Shown here: positions 63,040 to 64,000 of the stretch, one piece after another | Layout: each line of letters opens with the position of its first letter | Numbering within the stretch: the stretch's first letter is position 1 | From: Dicyema japonicum | Taxonomy: Eukaryota; Animalia; Dicyemida | Length of the DNA stretch: 64,000 nt | Direction: 5' to 3' | Assembly: GCA_011109175.1 (NCBI GenBank) | Contig: RDEW01000037.1 | Span: 560,760-624,759, forward strand | Notes under the pieces: generated by a model | Seen by the model: the letters and a program-made list of their open reading frames with translations, nothing else | The model's database searches: none | Told to the model about the DNA's origin: nothing | Translations under genes and position numbers: made by a program

Positions 63040-64000
63040 CTTTAGATAATAAAGCATTTACTCCATCGAAGAATTCATTCCTTAGTAAGCATGTGAATGT
63101 GTAACCATATAATTCAGTCATTGGAGACACGTCGAGATCTTTGGAAGACTTCGTAACACATGGACAAAATCAAAAAAATATTTGTCAAAACAGGAAATTT
63201 TCAAATGAAATTTATATAAGTTCAAGTACCCTCCAGCTGAAAAAAGATTTGTTCCCAAGATCTTATCAACTCTAACCTATTAATGTTGATGCATATGTTA
63301 TCACCCCATTCATTATTCTGGGAATAACTGGAATAAATTCAGTAATTATTTTTATAAATATTAAGTTTTAGATAATTCAACTAATGCTGAGTACAGAGCA
63401 AATAGAAGACAAAGATAATTGTTGGACTCCAATTGAGAATTCACGTAATTCGTTTTTAAATAATTATTTGTTTTCGACTCCGAAAGGTCCACAATAATAT
63501 GATTTTTTGTGGGTGATAAAGTATGCATAAACATTAATAAAAAAGATTTTGGAACAAATCTTTTATTGTGTCTAGATAATTTCCATCCATCTCCAGAAAT
63601 AATTAATATTTATCGAATAATCGAGTTGAGGTGGTTCTAGCATGTCAAATTAATATATAAAATTCAAAGGGGAAATATGGACTGTGTGAATGACAAAACT
63701 TAAGAATATCTAAAATTATTATTGAAATTATTAAAAAATCTAACATTGTTCAGGTTTTCTATTCCTATACTGTCAGCGTATTACAACTATTAAACAACTC
63801 ATTTGGGATGACTGGCCTTTTGTGTTAACAGGATCCGGCACATTGCATTCATTTTATACAACGGGCCATTAGCATTATTGGGATAAGACTGCATATTAAG
63901 CTGTACTGAGTATCTGTCAAATGTTTTACTTTATTACATTCATATTTATCCTTAATATACACCAAACTATCCATGACTGTAAATTATGTTTATCAGTTCC

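Larger units (their letters stand above)
50787..63724 (+). repeat. Tandem segmental repeat, unit 3 (partial, ~12.9 kb)
   Basis: Similarity stops after TAAAATTATTATTGAA at ~63724, where units 1 and 2 continue into the ~960-bp junction segment. Confidence 0.93.

Overview
AT-rich eukaryotic nuclear DNA, not prokaryotic: no rRNA, tRNA, CRISPR array or operon was seen. Most of the window is decayed transposons: APE-type LINEs (RTE-like and Jockey/I-like), CRE-clade and R4/NeSL-like RLE retrotransposons, a SINE-like family, a Buster-type hAT, a Mutator-like element, and Merlin- and Ginger-like scraps. From about 21977 to 63724 a ~13.8-15 kb unit is repeated three times in tandem. The unit hides a host gene the ORF track misses: a miniature SSDP/SSBP (LUFS/LisH-domain) gene split by 25-, 22- and 24-nt GT-AG introns. 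It is intact in copies 2 and 3 and pseudogenised in copy 1. Its exon structure is metazoan-like, which suggests an animal with micro-introns (a dicyemid or similar reduced parasite; this is inference). The hAT transposase also carries a 31-nt intron. Many diverged LINEs and the SINE share a 3' hairpin that overlaps the last ORF2 codons and shows a compensated change. Boundaries of decayed elements are approximate and were read by eye.
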